A DNA stretch of 51,772 bases. Origin: a virus (Duplodnaviria > Caudoviricetes). This document shows, piece by piece, positions 1 through 8,158 of the stretch; within the stretch, counting starts at the first letter, position 1; every line of letters starts with the position of its first letter. The notes below the pieces were generated by a model. That model saw nothing but the letters and a program-made list of their open reading frames with translations, was not told the origin of the DNA and did no database searches. Made by a program: the position numbers and the translations under genes. Location of the stretch: IMG/VR virus record IMGVR_UViG_3300044834_000093, positions 1-51,772 of that record. The stretch is one strand, 5' to 3'.

Positions 1-345
1 CTATTTGAACTCCGGCACGGGATGCAGCCGGCAATCGTAACGACCAGCATTCGATCTCACGACAATCTGCGTGTTGTAGAACTCACCGGGTGACGCGGCC
101 CGCCGCAAGTTCTCCACCACTCCGGCCGGTACGGCGCAGTAATGATACGCCGTCGCCTTGGCACCAATCCAGAGGATTAGGTATTGCTCAGTCCTTGCGT
201 AGCACGAGCGCGTAAGAAATCCGCTCCCCGCGACCGGCTGGCAATCGAACTTATCCAATGAGATGCACTTGCCGTATTTGACGCAGACTGTTTCTGCCTC
301 GACTGCAAAGCTCGCCACCGCCCAAAAGGCAATTGCTGCGATCAT
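1..345 (-). CDS. Secreted KTSC-domain protein
   Basis: Signal peptide then S.FL...Y...L.L......YHYC.VP..V...L..A.S.G.FYN..I KTSC pattern; ATG 345 overlaps the upstream stop (ATGA). Confidence 0.7.
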   Translation of the reverse strand: MIAAIAFWAVASFAVEAETVCVKYGKCISLDKFDCQPVAGSGFLTRSCYARTEQYLILWIGAKATAYHYCAVPAGVVENLRRAASPGEFYNTQIVVRSNAGRYDCRLHPVPEFK

Positions 346-524
346 TCGCATTCGATTTCCATGGTCCCCGGCCACACAAACGGGTCGGAACAGATATTTT
401 CGCCGTCCTTTGTAACTTCCCACCCCAGAAGGAATCCTGGCTCTCCGACCATCCGTGCAGAAAAAGTCGTAACCGCAGAGCCCAGTAGGAGTCCGACAGC
501 GAGCCCAAGCGAAAACCTAGACAT
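342..524 (-). CDS. Small exported hypothetical protein
   Basis: GGGGA RBS, signal-like N-terminus, two Cys, coupled to the KTSC gene. Confidence 0.65.
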   Translation of the reverse strand: MSRFSLGLAVGLLLGSAVTTFSARMVGEPGFLLGWEVTKDGENICSDPFVWPGTMEIECE

Positions 525-562
525 AAGTCCCCCAACGTAGTCTTAGAAAAGAGAGTGTCGTC

Positions 563-591
563 TTCCCAAGTCAGCCAAGATTATTTATATT
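563..591 (+). promoter_or_regulatory. Putative sigma70 promoter
   Basis: TTCCCA-17 bp-TATATT, predicted +1 near 598. Confidence 0.45.
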
Positions 592-597
592 CCCATT

Positions 598-808
598 GGT
601 GCGGGGCGTGTCCTGACCGCGTACTTGGGGCTTCGGCCCCTCCGCCTCAGGCTGTACACGTTCTGCACTGCGGCGGCGCGCTGTGTTCTAATCCGGCGTC
701 ACGTACTTGAGGCGCAAGCTTCTTCGTGCCCGAGATCAGCGCGTCGCTCCCTACCCTGCTAGGATTACAGGTGATCACTTCGCGCCGGCGTTCTGCCGCC
801 CCCGCGCA
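598..808 (+). ncRNA. Candidate structured non-coding RNA, family unknown
   Basis: 5'/3' closing stem, C(UUCG)G hairpin 627-640, stems 643-649/708-714 and 734-738/772-776, upstream promoter, no credible ORF. Confidence 0.45.
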
Positions 809-830
809 AGGTCTAGCATATTTGGGTACG

Positions 831-2585
831 CTAACCGAGTTTCACCATTTTTGGATTGAAGTGAAGAATCCCTTTTTCTTGCTTCGACCCAACGAACGTA
901 AAAGGCAACTCTGGTTGCTCAGCATCAGGCCGGGGCATTGGCGACGGTCGGCGTCGCCGATTTGAGAACGCTGCTGAGGGGAGATGTTCGAGCGGCGGCA
1001 AAATGGGCGGGTTCTGCCCTTTGAACCAATCCTCGATAGAAACAATCTGCAATTTTGGCATATCGCCGTGAACAACTTTCGCGTTTCCTTCACGGATAGC
1101 CTCGGTTCTCATTTTTTCCGTCGGCTTGTGCAAACAAATAAAGAGTCCCATTTCGGCTTTTTCAGTGTCGAGAACATGGGCAAATGCGCGTATGTCGTCC
1201 AATTCTATTTTTCCGCCTTTTACGGAAGTCAGCATTCGCCCCCACGGCCGCCCAGGTCCGTTCGGGAAGAATAATTCACCGTCAATCCCTCTGTCCGCAC
1301 CCTTCTTTCCACGCTCCCGGAGCGCATGGGGATTGAACAGATAATTGGCCCACCACTGGAATTGGTACTTGTCCCTCTCTGCTAGCTTCACGGCAGAAGC
1401 AAAATCGCGTGGCAGCAACTCGATTTCATAATCAACATGGCGTCCGCGCTTCTCAGCGAGATCAGCAAGGCGGCCCTCAATAACCTTTACTGCATGAACA
1501 GCAATATCAATCCCAATCCATTGACGGTCTGCTTGTTCGGCAGCCTCAACGGTTGTTCCGCAGCCGCAAAATGGATCCAAAACAACTTGGCCAGGATTCG
1601 ATGAAGCGCGGATTATTCGGTCTAATAATGCCAATGGCTTCTGTGTTGGATAGCCGGTCCGCTCCTGCGCCTGAGAGTTCAGTGGTGAAATATCGAGGAT
1701 TAGGTCTTGTAATGCTAACCCCTTGCCTAGCACGCGCTTAAACCGAGGGAAGCCGCCGCTGCGGGGCCAGTGAATTAGGCCATGCTGATCGAGAACGTCT
1801 AATTTGTGAGTAGTCGAAAGCTTGGCTCCGGCTTCCTCTCCGATTGCCTCAAACACAGCTTTATTGCTTATCTTCCAATGTACACCTTTGTCAGTCGGGT
1901 TGAATCCTTTCCATGGGGCTCCTGAATCTCCGCGACGGGTGCCCGGCCCCGTAAGATTGTCGTCAGCCCATCGCCGTCCGCTCTCATCGACGTGCTTGTA
2001 TCGTGCTTTGTAGCTGTCGTCATACTCCGTAAATAGCTTGTTCCAAACGTAATCGTTCGTTTTGGAATAGAACAAAATGCAATCGTGCACGTCTGCCCAC
2101 CGCTGCGCGGCTGAATGGGCGCTAGTGCGTTTCCAGATCACTTCGCTTTTGAATGCGCCGGGGCCGAAAACTCCGTCCAATACCACTTTCAGGTAGTGGC
2201 TGGCGGTGGGGTCGCAATGCAGATAAAGTGAGCCGGTAGGCTTCAGTTTGCGATGCAACTCCCTCAATCGGACGGCCATCATCACCAAATAGGCCATCAT
2301 GTCGCTTTCCTTGAGCGCAGTTTTTAGTGCGTCAATTAAGCGAGCGGTGTTGCCACCGAAACCCATCAGTTCACGGTAGGATTCCTGCGCGTCTTCTAAC
2401 CAAGACCAACTATCCCGAAACGCCTGGGCTTGCGCGGACTCAGCATCGCTCTTTCGGCTTTCAAATAATACGTTGTATCCGGCCTGACTGTTGAATGGCG
2501 GATCGAGATAAATCAGATCAACGCTCTCGTCTGGGATGTATTCGCGTAAAATATCGAGATTGTCGCCGAAATACAGCTTATTCAT
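831..2585 (-). CDS. Site-specific DNA amino-methyltransferase (N6/N4 family, beta order) with C-terminal Mrr-like restriction endonuclease domain
   Basis: DLIYLDPPF, YPTQKP and VLDPFCGCGTT motifs; C-terminal ADRGIDG...SVKGG...AEMGLFI PD-(D/E)XK-like region. Confidence 0.9.
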   Translation of the reverse strand: MNKLYFGDNLDILREYIPDESVDLIYLDPPFNSQAGYNVLFESRKSDAESAQAQAFRDSWSWLEDAQESYRELMGFGGNTARLIDALKTALKESDMMAYLVMMAVRLRELHRKLKPTGSLYLHCDPTASHYLKVVLDGVFGPGAFKSEVIWKRTSAHSAAQRWADVHDCILFYSKTNDYVWNKLFTEYDDSYKARYKHVDESGRRWADDNLTGPGTRRGDSGAPWKGFNPTDKGVHWKISNKAVFEAIGEEAGAKLSTTHKLDVLDQHGLIHWPRSGGFPRFKRVLGKGLALQDLILDISPLNSQAQERTGYPTQKPLALLDRIIRASSNPGQVVLDPFCGCGTTVEAAEQADRQWIGIDIAVHAVKVIEGRLADLAEKRGRHVDYEIELLPRDFASAVKLAERDKYQFQWWANYLFNPHALRERGKKGADRGIDGELFFPNGPGRPWGRMLTSVKGGKIELDDIRAFAHVLDTEKAEMGLFICLHKPTEKMRTEAIREGNAKVVHGDMPKLQIVSIEDWFKGQNPPILPPLEHLPSAAFSNRRRRPSPMPRPDAEQPELPFTFVGSKQEKGILHFNPKMVKLG

Positions 2586-2685
2586 AACACAGCCCCCCGC
2601 ACCCACGCCGCACAAGTATGCGGGTGGGTTGCTTTAAATCGGTTCTTTCCGACTAAAGTAACTTCCGGTTATGGTTGCGGGAACG

Positions 2686-2829
2686 TTAAGGAGTTGTGGA
2701 AGTCGCGTCTGTTTTGTTCTGAGCTGAGGCCGGGAGCGACACGGCGGAGAACGCCATTACCACAACGTAGGCGGCGATGACAGCGACCAATATCGCCAAA
2801 ATTGCTACGGTGCGGATTGGTTCGTTCAT
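2686..2829 (-). CDS. 47-aa single-TM/signal-peptide protein (below ORF-track cutoff)
   Basis: MNEPIRTVAILAILVAVIAAYVVVMAFSAVSLPASAQNKTDATSTTP, starting 8 bp after the DUF2335 stop. Confidence 0.45.
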   Translation of the reverse strand: MNEPIRTVAILAILVAVIAAYVVVMAFSAVSLPASAQNKTDATSTTP

Positions 2830-2836
2830 AGACCGA

Positions 2837-3358
2837 TCATTTGCCTTTCCAGGCATTTACAAAGATGCCGATGATGCCAGCTCCGCCGATACCAGCGACG
2901 GCCAGCGCCGCACCTTCGTGTTCGCGTTCGGCCAAAAGGAAAACGATTGCTAAGATGACCAACAGGGACAGAAATCCGGCCGCGAGGCTGGCGAGGCGGT
3001 ATCGTGCGTCAGACTTATTCTTGAAGATGTGTGAGTCGATAAACGCGTCCTGATCCTTCTCCGCCATCTTAAGAAGGCGACCGAAAGACCCGCGCTCTAT
3101 ATCTTCGTACCCCTGAACGGTTTCGACCGAAGGCAGCGGGCCAGAATGAATCTTTGAAACTGTAACAGCAAAAGACTGAACTTTGGATTTGAGGCGTTCA
3201 AGAACCTGCTGCTGTTGCGCCTTCGGCAGAATGTCTTTCACTGCATCGACAATTGACTTGTCGAAGGCTTTGTCGAGCTCCGGCGGTATAACGAGTTGAT
3301 TCTCGTTAAGAGGCGCGGGCCTCTTTCCGTCTGTCGGTTTCAGATCTGGTGGCGGCAC
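2837..3358 (-). CDS. DUF2335 family membrane protein
   Basis: HSGPLPS.E....YE.I..G...R...MAEK.Q motif followed by two TM helices. Confidence 0.85.
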   Translation of the reverse strand: MPPPDLKPTDGKRPAPLNENQLVIPPELDKAFDKSIVDAVKDILPKAQQQQVLERLKSKVQSFAVTVSKIHSGPLPSVETVQGYEDIERGSFGRLLKMAEKDQDAFIDSHIFKNKSDARYRLASLAAGFLSLLVILAIVFLLAEREHEGAALAVAGIGGAGIIGIFVNAWKGK

Positions 3359-3518
3359 GATTCAGCGCCTTGCCTACGTTGTTCCAAGCTGCCGTCACCG
3401 TATCACCACGCTTCAGCGCATGCACCTGCCCGCCATGCGCAAGCATGCCAATACCTGACAGGCCAAGGGCGAAAGCCTTGACGTGAAAATGCGCTTTCTT
3501 GGAATAGCGTCTTGCCAT
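3306..3518 (-). CDS. Small protein upstream of DUF2335
   Basis: Overlaps the DUF2335 start; D....AW..VG..L pattern. Confidence 0.6.
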   Translation of the reverse strand: MARRYSKKAHFHVKAFALGLSGIGMLAHGGQVHALKRGDTVTAAWNNVGKALNRAATRSETDRRKEARAS

Positions 3519-3877
3519 GTTGACCGGGATTGTAGTGGAGGTTCAGTTACTAAACGATGACGTCACCGCCTTCGTTCCTCTCTCCAGGTATCGGTATAGC
3601 GCAGGCTGCGTTCGGCTTACAAGTCTTTCATATGGCTCATTGATTCTGTTGTATTTCCCCTTTGCCACGCCGACCCGGGCAGCCCCCCCCTCCTGTGGCC
3701 ATACACCGACTCGGGTGCGATAGGACAAGTGATCCACTTTCGGCCACCATGAGCATCCGGGTGCCCCTCCTGCCCCTTGAACGAACATCCATGCTCTGTA
3801 TGATTGTCGCCGGTTAGTCCCGGCCCCCCAACCCCCAAAAACTGCCAGCTCTCCCGCGATTCTAGGCGGGGGGGAGC

Positions 3878-4198
3878 ATGTCTATTGCTGGGCTTGGAAC
3901 AAGAGCCGCCACTGCGTCGATCGCAGTGCTGTTTCTCCTCGTTTTCGGTTCGGCCACGCTGGGCCACGACGCGCCGAGCGGCTGGGCCTATGACGCGGCC
4001 TGCTGCTCTGACCGTGATTGCGCTCCGCTTCCGGAAGGCAGCGTGCAGGAACGCGCGGACGGCTTTCTCCTGAAAACCACCGGCGAGCTGGTCGGGCGCG
4101 ACAAGGCCAAGCGAGGTCAGGACGAATACTACCACCTCTGCCGGAGCGTCTACAGCAAGGCGATCTATTGCATCTATCTGCCGCAGCGGGGGAGCTGA
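3878..4198 (+). CDS. Secreted Cys-rich hypothetical phage protein
   Basis: Signal peptide, HDAPSGW.Y...CCS..DC and C-terminal YCIY.P; GGGGAG RBS; stop overlaps the endolysin start. Confidence 0.75.
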   Translation: MSIAGLGTRAATASIAVLFLLVFGSATLGHDAPSGWAYDAACCSDRDCAPLPEGSVQERADGFLLKTTGELVGRDKAKRGQDEYYHLCRSVYSKAIYCIYLPQRGS

Positions 4199-4989
4199 TG
4201 CCGGTCTTGTCATACGTCGCGAATGGAGCGTTGCGCCTGGGCACCAGGGGTGACGCGGTAATCGCGGTGCAACTCGCGTTGCGCGCCGCCGGGCATGAAC
4301 TCGTGGCTGACGGAGATTTTGGGCAAGTCACGCTTGCCGCGGTGACGCGGTTTCAAGCCGCGCATCTCCTCACCCCGGATGGAGAGGTAGGCCCGCTAAC
4401 CGCCAAGGAGCTTGATCGCATCGCGCTGAGAGCGCCGCGCCCGGCCCCATCCTTGCCCTCGGCTCTATCGATCGCACCGTGGCTGTCCGTGATGCGCGCC
4501 ATCACCGGCACCAAAGAGATTCCTGGCTCGGCCGACAATCCACTGATCCTGGGCTGGGTTGACGAGATCGTTGCGGCCTATCCGGAACTGAATGGAACGG
4601 TCGGCTGGTACAACGATGATGCCACGCCTTGGTGCGGGCTGGGCTGCGGCTATGCCGTGGTCAAGGGCGGCTACAAACCGCCGAAGCTTCTGCTCGGTGC
4701 CGCCAATTGGGCGAATGAATGGCCGGATGGCATTCACCTGCGCGAGCCTGCGCTCGGCGCCATCATGGTGATGACCCGCCAAGGCGGCGGTCACGTCACC
4801 ATGTACGAAGGTGAGGACGCCGAGAATTACTACGGCCGCGGGGCCAACCAATCCGACATGGTCAACGTCGCGCGCTTCCCCAAGAGCCGCAACTATCTTG
4901 GCTTCATGTGGCCCGCGGCTGCGCCGCCCCCGACCGGCTGGCGCGTGTTCACAACTTTTGCCAGCGCCGTTTCTGCCACCGAAGCGTGA
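4198..4989 (+). CDS. Endolysin: peptidoglycan-binding domain + TIGR02594 (NlpC/P60-like) catalytic domain
   Basis: LRLG..G..V..VQ..L...DGDFG..T..AV..FQ; DDATPWCG, GGGHV and GANQSD.V motifs. Confidence 0.9.
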   Translation: MPVLSYVANGALRLGTRGDAVIAVQLALRAAGHELVADGDFGQVTLAAVTRFQAAHLLTPDGEVGPLTAKELDRIALRAPRPAPSLPSALSIAPWLSVMRAITGTKEIPGSADNPLILGWVDEIVAAYPELNGTVGWYNDDATPWCGLGCGYAVVKGGYKPPKLLLGAANWANEWPDGIHLREPALGAIMVMTRQGGGHVTMYEGEDAENYYGRGANQSDMVNVARFPKSRNYLGFMWPAAAPPPTGWRVFTTFASAVSATEA

Positions 4990-5013
4990 CCACAAACCCA
5001 TTTGAGGTTCGAC

Positions 5014-5304
5014 ATGCAGATCACCACCGAGGACTTCCAGCGTTATCTCCGCATCTTCCTGCAATGGCTGGCGAGCGCGCTGGTCAGTTACGGCTTTATC
5101 AAGCCCGAAGCGACATGGGTCACCCCAGCCATCGGCGCGGTGATTGCCGGTGGCAGCTTCATTTGGACCATGTACGGCAACCGGGTACAGGCGAAGATCA
5201 ACGAAGTCGCCAAGCTCGATGTCGTCGCAAGCGTGAAAGTCACCGACAAGGAAACCGCCGAAAAGGCGCCTGCTAACGTCACGGCGACCCGGGGCGCGAC
5301 GTGA
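5014..5304 (+). CDS. Putative holin (2 TM)
   Basis: Two hydrophobic helices, directly after the endolysin. Confidence 0.65.
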   Translation: MQITTEDFQRYLRIFLQWLASALVSYGFIKPEATWVTPAIGAVIAGGSFIWTMYGNRVQAKINEVAKLDVVASVKVTDKETAEKAPANVTATRGAT

Positions 5305-5597
5305 CAATGTTCGACCTTTCACTTTTCGGATGGCTTGGCCTCGGCGGCGGCGTGGTGGCCGCCGCACTTGCCGTGGCCTGGTTCATCCCGCCGTTACGTC
5401 GGACCGCGCTTCTAGTAGCGGCCGCGGCATTCGCCGGCGCCGCTGCGTATGCCAAGGGCAACCGCGACCGCGCGGATCTCGAACAGCGCCGCAAAGACGA
5501 AGCGGTGCGGAAAGTGCAGAAAGACTATGCGGAAATCGATGCTCGCCCTGATGACGTTAAGTCTGCTGCTGACCGCCTGCGCCACGGCAGTTTTTGA
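5301..5597 (+). CDS. Putative inner-membrane spanin-like protein
   Basis: N-terminal TM segments, helical tail ending RL..GSF, overlapped by a lipoprotein gene. Confidence 0.6.
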   Translation: MTMFDLSLFGWLGLGGGVVAAALAVAWFIPPLRRTALLVAAAAFAGAAAYAKGNRDRADLEQRRKDEAVRKVQKDYAEIDARPDDVKSAADRLRHGSF

Positions 5598-5754
5598 CGA
5601 ACGTGGCTGTCCGCGTGAGATGGAATACACGAAGGCACAGCAGGCACAAATGGCGAAAGAACTGACCGCGGCTGGCCCCGCCATTCAGGGGGCAATGGTC
5701 GATTACGGTAAGCTGCGCGACAAGGTGCGCGCCTGCCGCGGAGGTGGCCCATGA
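5527..5754 (+). CDS. Putative outer-membrane spanin (lipoprotein)
   Basis: MRKSMLALMTLSLLLTAC lipobox, start embedded in the preceding gene. Confidence 0.7.
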   Translation: MRKSMLALMTLSLLLTACATAVFDERGCPREMEYTKAQQAQMAKELTAAGPAIQGAMVDYGKLRDKVRACRGGGP

Positions 5755-6173
5755 GTTACGCCATCCGATATTATTGCGGCAATCGCCTATTCGAGTGGGT
5801 GATGACCGCCGCCATGCTCGGGCTGACCATAGAGATCATGCTGTGGCCAGAAACGATCAAGGCATCGGCCTTCCGTTTCATGCTGGAAATGATAAGCACG
5901 CAATTCCTTGGCTGGTTTTTTCTGATCGCGGGCTCTCTCCGCGTCGCCGCTCTGATTGCCAATGGGTCATGGCCGGTTTACGGCCCCTATCTCCGCTCGT
6001 TCACCGCCGGCGCCACGGCATTAATCTGGATGCAGATGGATGCAGCGCTGCTCGTGCTCGTTCCGATCAATGAAGCTCCTTCGCCCGGAATCCCGGTGTA
6101 TTTCGCACTAACAATAGGAGAATTGATCTCCTGCTACCGAGCGCTGAGCGATGTCGGACATGGAACAAGCTAA
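5751..6173 (+). CDS. 4-TM membrane protein of the lysis region
   Basis: Four hydrophobic segments, ATGA coupling. Confidence 0.7.
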   Translation: MSYAIRYYCGNRLFEWVMTAAMLGLTIEIMLWPETIKASAFRFMLEMISTQFLGWFFLIAGSLRVAALIANGSWPVYGPYLRSFTAGATALIWMQMDAALLVLVPINEAPSPGIPVYFALTIGELISCYRALSDVGHGTS

Positions 6174-6498
6174 CCTTGGCCCTTATCCCATATTGCAGTT
6201 CGCTGCTGCCATCCTCGTCTTGGTGGGTGTTGGACTCGCGGTCTATCGGGGGTTTCGGGACAAGAGCAAAGCGCTGGACGCCAACGACCCGTCATCGCGC
6301 TGGTTTTTTGATGGACCTATTAAGGTCCATTTGGAGCAGCAAGCTGAGATTGTGCAACAGCAAGCTGAGATTATGCAGCACATCAAGGCTCTGCGCGAGG
6401 CGTCTGATCGACTAGAGCGGGAAAAAGCCGGTGAGGAATCGCGGAAGCACACCGATCTGCTTCAGCGACTTGTGATCGTCTTGGAACGTAGACGATGA
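6151..6498 (+). CDS. TM + coiled-coil hypothetical protein
   Basis: N-terminal TM, helical C-terminus, internal EQQAEIV/QQQAEIM duplication. Confidence 0.65.
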   Translation: MSDMEQANLGPYPILQFAAAILVLVGVGLAVYRGFRDKSKALDANDPSSRWFFDGPIKVHLEQQAEIVQQQAEIMQHIKALREASDRLEREKAGEESRKHTDLLQRLVIVLERRR

Positions 6499-6526
6499 AA
6501 CCAATTGATCGGACGAGGCGTGCACA

Positions 6527-6928
6527 ATGCAGAGCAATGCCGTCCTGTTGCGGGAGCACATTAACGCGCTCCGGGTTGCCGACCAACGCTTCGATGCCGA
6601 ACGTGATCGACGCATCACGGAGGTTGGCCAAGAACGTGAAAAGGCGCTGAAGATCAAAGAAACTGCTGATGCCAATGCGCTCGAACTCGCCCGCGAGATA
6701 CAGAAATACAAGGACGCAAAGGCCAACGATTTGCGCGAGCAAATTAACAGCGAGCGCGGCCTATATGCCACGAAAGAAGATGTTGAGCCGTTGAAAACCT
6801 ATATCGCCGGGCAGATGGGTCGGGCCGGCGGGGTCGGCTCATCGTTCGCGGTGATATTCCAGATCATATCCAGTATCGCATCAATTGGTGCAATCGTCAG
6901 CGTTGCGTTTCTTCTCTCTCGTAACTGA
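6527..6928 (+). CDS. Coiled-coil protein with C-terminal TM anchor
   Basis: GAGG RBS; charged helix, Gly linker, TM. Confidence 0.7.
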   Translation: MQSNAVLLREHINALRVADQRFDAERDRRITEVGQEREKALKIKETADANALELAREIQKYKDAKANDLREQINSERGLYATKEDVEPLKTYIAGQMGRAGGVGSSFAVIFQIISSIASIGAIVSVAFLLSRN

Positions 6929-6942
6929 AAGGAAATAATACG

Positions 6943-7119
6943 ATGTCGATAGGTCTTATCTTTTGGATAATCATGCTGATCTGGCTCTTGTTTGCGCTGG
7001 CCTGGAATAGCGGATGGAGCGCGATTGGGCCGCATGGTCCGCTTGGCAACAGCCTGTTGCTGTTCATCCTGTTTCTGTTGGTGGGTTGGCGTGTATTTGG
7101 AGCGCCAATTCACGGGTAG
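6943..7119 (+). CDS. 58-aa 2-TM protein (below ORF-track cutoff)
   Basis: AAAGGA RBS; MSIGLIFWIIMLIWLLFALAW...LLLFILFLLVGWRVFGAPIHG. Confidence 0.75.
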   Translation: MSIGLIFWIIMLIWLLFALAWNSGWSAIGPHGPLGNSLLLFILFLLVGWRVFGAPIHG

Positions 7120-7175
7120 TTCGCCTGGCAGCACGTCCCCCGTCCGGCCCATCGCCGGGCGGGGTGCTTCGATGG

Positions 7176-7331
7176 CTAGGGATTTGCGAGCCCAGCCTTT
7201 TCCAGGCCGTCATCCGCTATCCGCTGGGCTTCCAGAAGCGCGGGCATTGCGTCGGCGCCCGTCTCGACCGCGATAGCTCCGATCTGTCGCAACGCATCCG
7301 CCAGTATCTTGACCTGTTCCAGTGGGGTCAC
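7176..7331 (-). CDS. 51-aa hypothetical protein, paralogue of the N-terminus of 10333..10698
   Basis: Translates to MTPLEQVKILADALRQIGAIAVETGADAMPALLEAQRIADDGLEKAGLANP; GTGA coupling. Confidence 0.65.
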   Translation of the reverse strand: MTPLEQVKILADALRQIGAIAVETGADAMPALLEAQRIADDGLEKAGLANP

Positions 7332-7576
7332 GTCATCCATCCTTCAAAGATCAAAGCCCGGTGCAGTTGATCGGTCGCGGCTCTGATGTCATCCCGCTTG
7401 CCGCTTTCGTGTGCCTGCATCAGCAGCGCGGCGGCATGTTGCCAGACTTTCTTTTCCTGCCTCGCCTTCGGCAGCCGCTTGGTGATCAACCCTGCCGCCT
7501 GCTTCATGGTTTCAATCTCATGTCCGTCTCTCAGCTCTAGCGGATAGGCGAGGGGACGATTCCAGCCGGTGGGTTT
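7200..7576 (-). repeat. Inverted duplicate of 9877-10123 plus 10334-10464
   Basis: Reverse complement aligns almost base for base with the two right-hand blocks. Confidence 0.95.
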
Positions 7577-7600
7577 TGATTTAGGCTTTGCCACCGGCAA
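7328..7600 (-). CDS. Hypothetical protein, paralogue of 9853..10125
   Basis: Near-identical translation (PTGWNRPLAYPLELRDG...RALIFEGWMT). Confidence 0.75.
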   Translation of the reverse strand: MPVAKPKSKPTGWNRPLAYPLELRDGHEIETMKQAAGLITKRLPKARQEKKVWQHAAALLMQAHESGKRDDIRAATDQLHRALIFEGWMT

Positions 7601-7835
7601 TCGATTTCAATCGCGGCTGAAGATCGTCAGGATGCATCATGTGCCGCGGTATCGGTCGCGTTCTAAACTCGCAAAACACCACACCATCGGGAATGGCTGT
7701 CGATATTGGAACGTAAAAACGAAAGCTCATTTCCTCCTCTATTTCGTGCTCCATCATCCCGCGCTCTACCTCGTATCGAAGTTCCTGTAGAAGCCGCTCG
7801 ATGCGCTCCTGTCGGATGTTGGTGGTTTCAGTCAT
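7581..7835 (-). CDS. Hypothetical phage protein
   Basis: Coupled to flanking genes. Confidence 0.65.
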   Translation of the reverse strand: MTETTNIRQERIERLLQELRYEVERGMMEHEIEEEMSFRFYVPISTAIPDGVVFCEFRTRPIPRHMMHPDDLQPRLKSIAGGKA

Positions 7836-8074
7836 TTTGCGGCCTTTCGGGATAACGCCAAGCCTTCGTTTACCTGTTTGATTAGAAGCTCCCTGGCGTC
7901 CAGTCCAAAAACGTTTTCGATCTTTAGAGCAAGATCAATCGACAAGCTGGCATTCCCGTTGAGTACGTTCGAAAGAGCGGGTCGGCCTATCTCAAGCTTC
8001 TTAGCTGCGTCCGTGACGGACAGCCCTTCCTTGACGGTAATCAGCAACTTGAGTTTTTCGCTGACGGTTTGCAT
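7832..8074 (-). CDS. HigA-like XRE/HTH transcriptional regulator
   Basis: GLSVTDAAKKLEIGRPALSNVLNGNASLSIDLALKIE; GAGG RBS before ATG 8074. Confidence 0.85.
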   Translation of the reverse strand: MQTVSEKLKLLITVKEGLSVTDAAKKLEIGRPALSNVLNGNASLSIDLALKIENVFGLDARELLIKQVNEGLALSRKAAK

Positions 8075-8083
8075 TACGCCCTC

Positions 8084-8129
8084 TGTATTGCTATACAATA
8101 CACATTGGCGTCGAAATAACAAGTTTCGA
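8084..8129. promoter_or_regulatory. Two palindromic operator candidates in a divergent promoter region
   Basis: TGTATTG-N5-CAATACA (8084-8102) and TCGAAA-N7-TTTCGA (8111-8129). Confidence 0.6.
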
Positions 8130-8158
8130 TGCCGTCCGGTGCGACTAGAAAGCTAGGC

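Noticed and set aside
742-789. Minus strand GCCGGCGCGAAGTGATCACCTGTAATCCTAGCA resembles the 5' end of Alu/7SL
   Set aside because: Short gapped similarity only, no SRP S-domain motif; the promoter and UUCG loop favour the plus strand
598-808. tmRNA, 6S, RNase P or retron ncRNA identity
   Set aside because: No recognisable signature of these families and no reverse transcriptase in the window
4465-5367. 300-aa minus-strand ORF and similar long antisense ORFs (27939..28718, 31092..31904, 3617..4213, 49730..50332)
   Set aside because: Shadows of well-supported genes in GC-rich DNA, with no motifs
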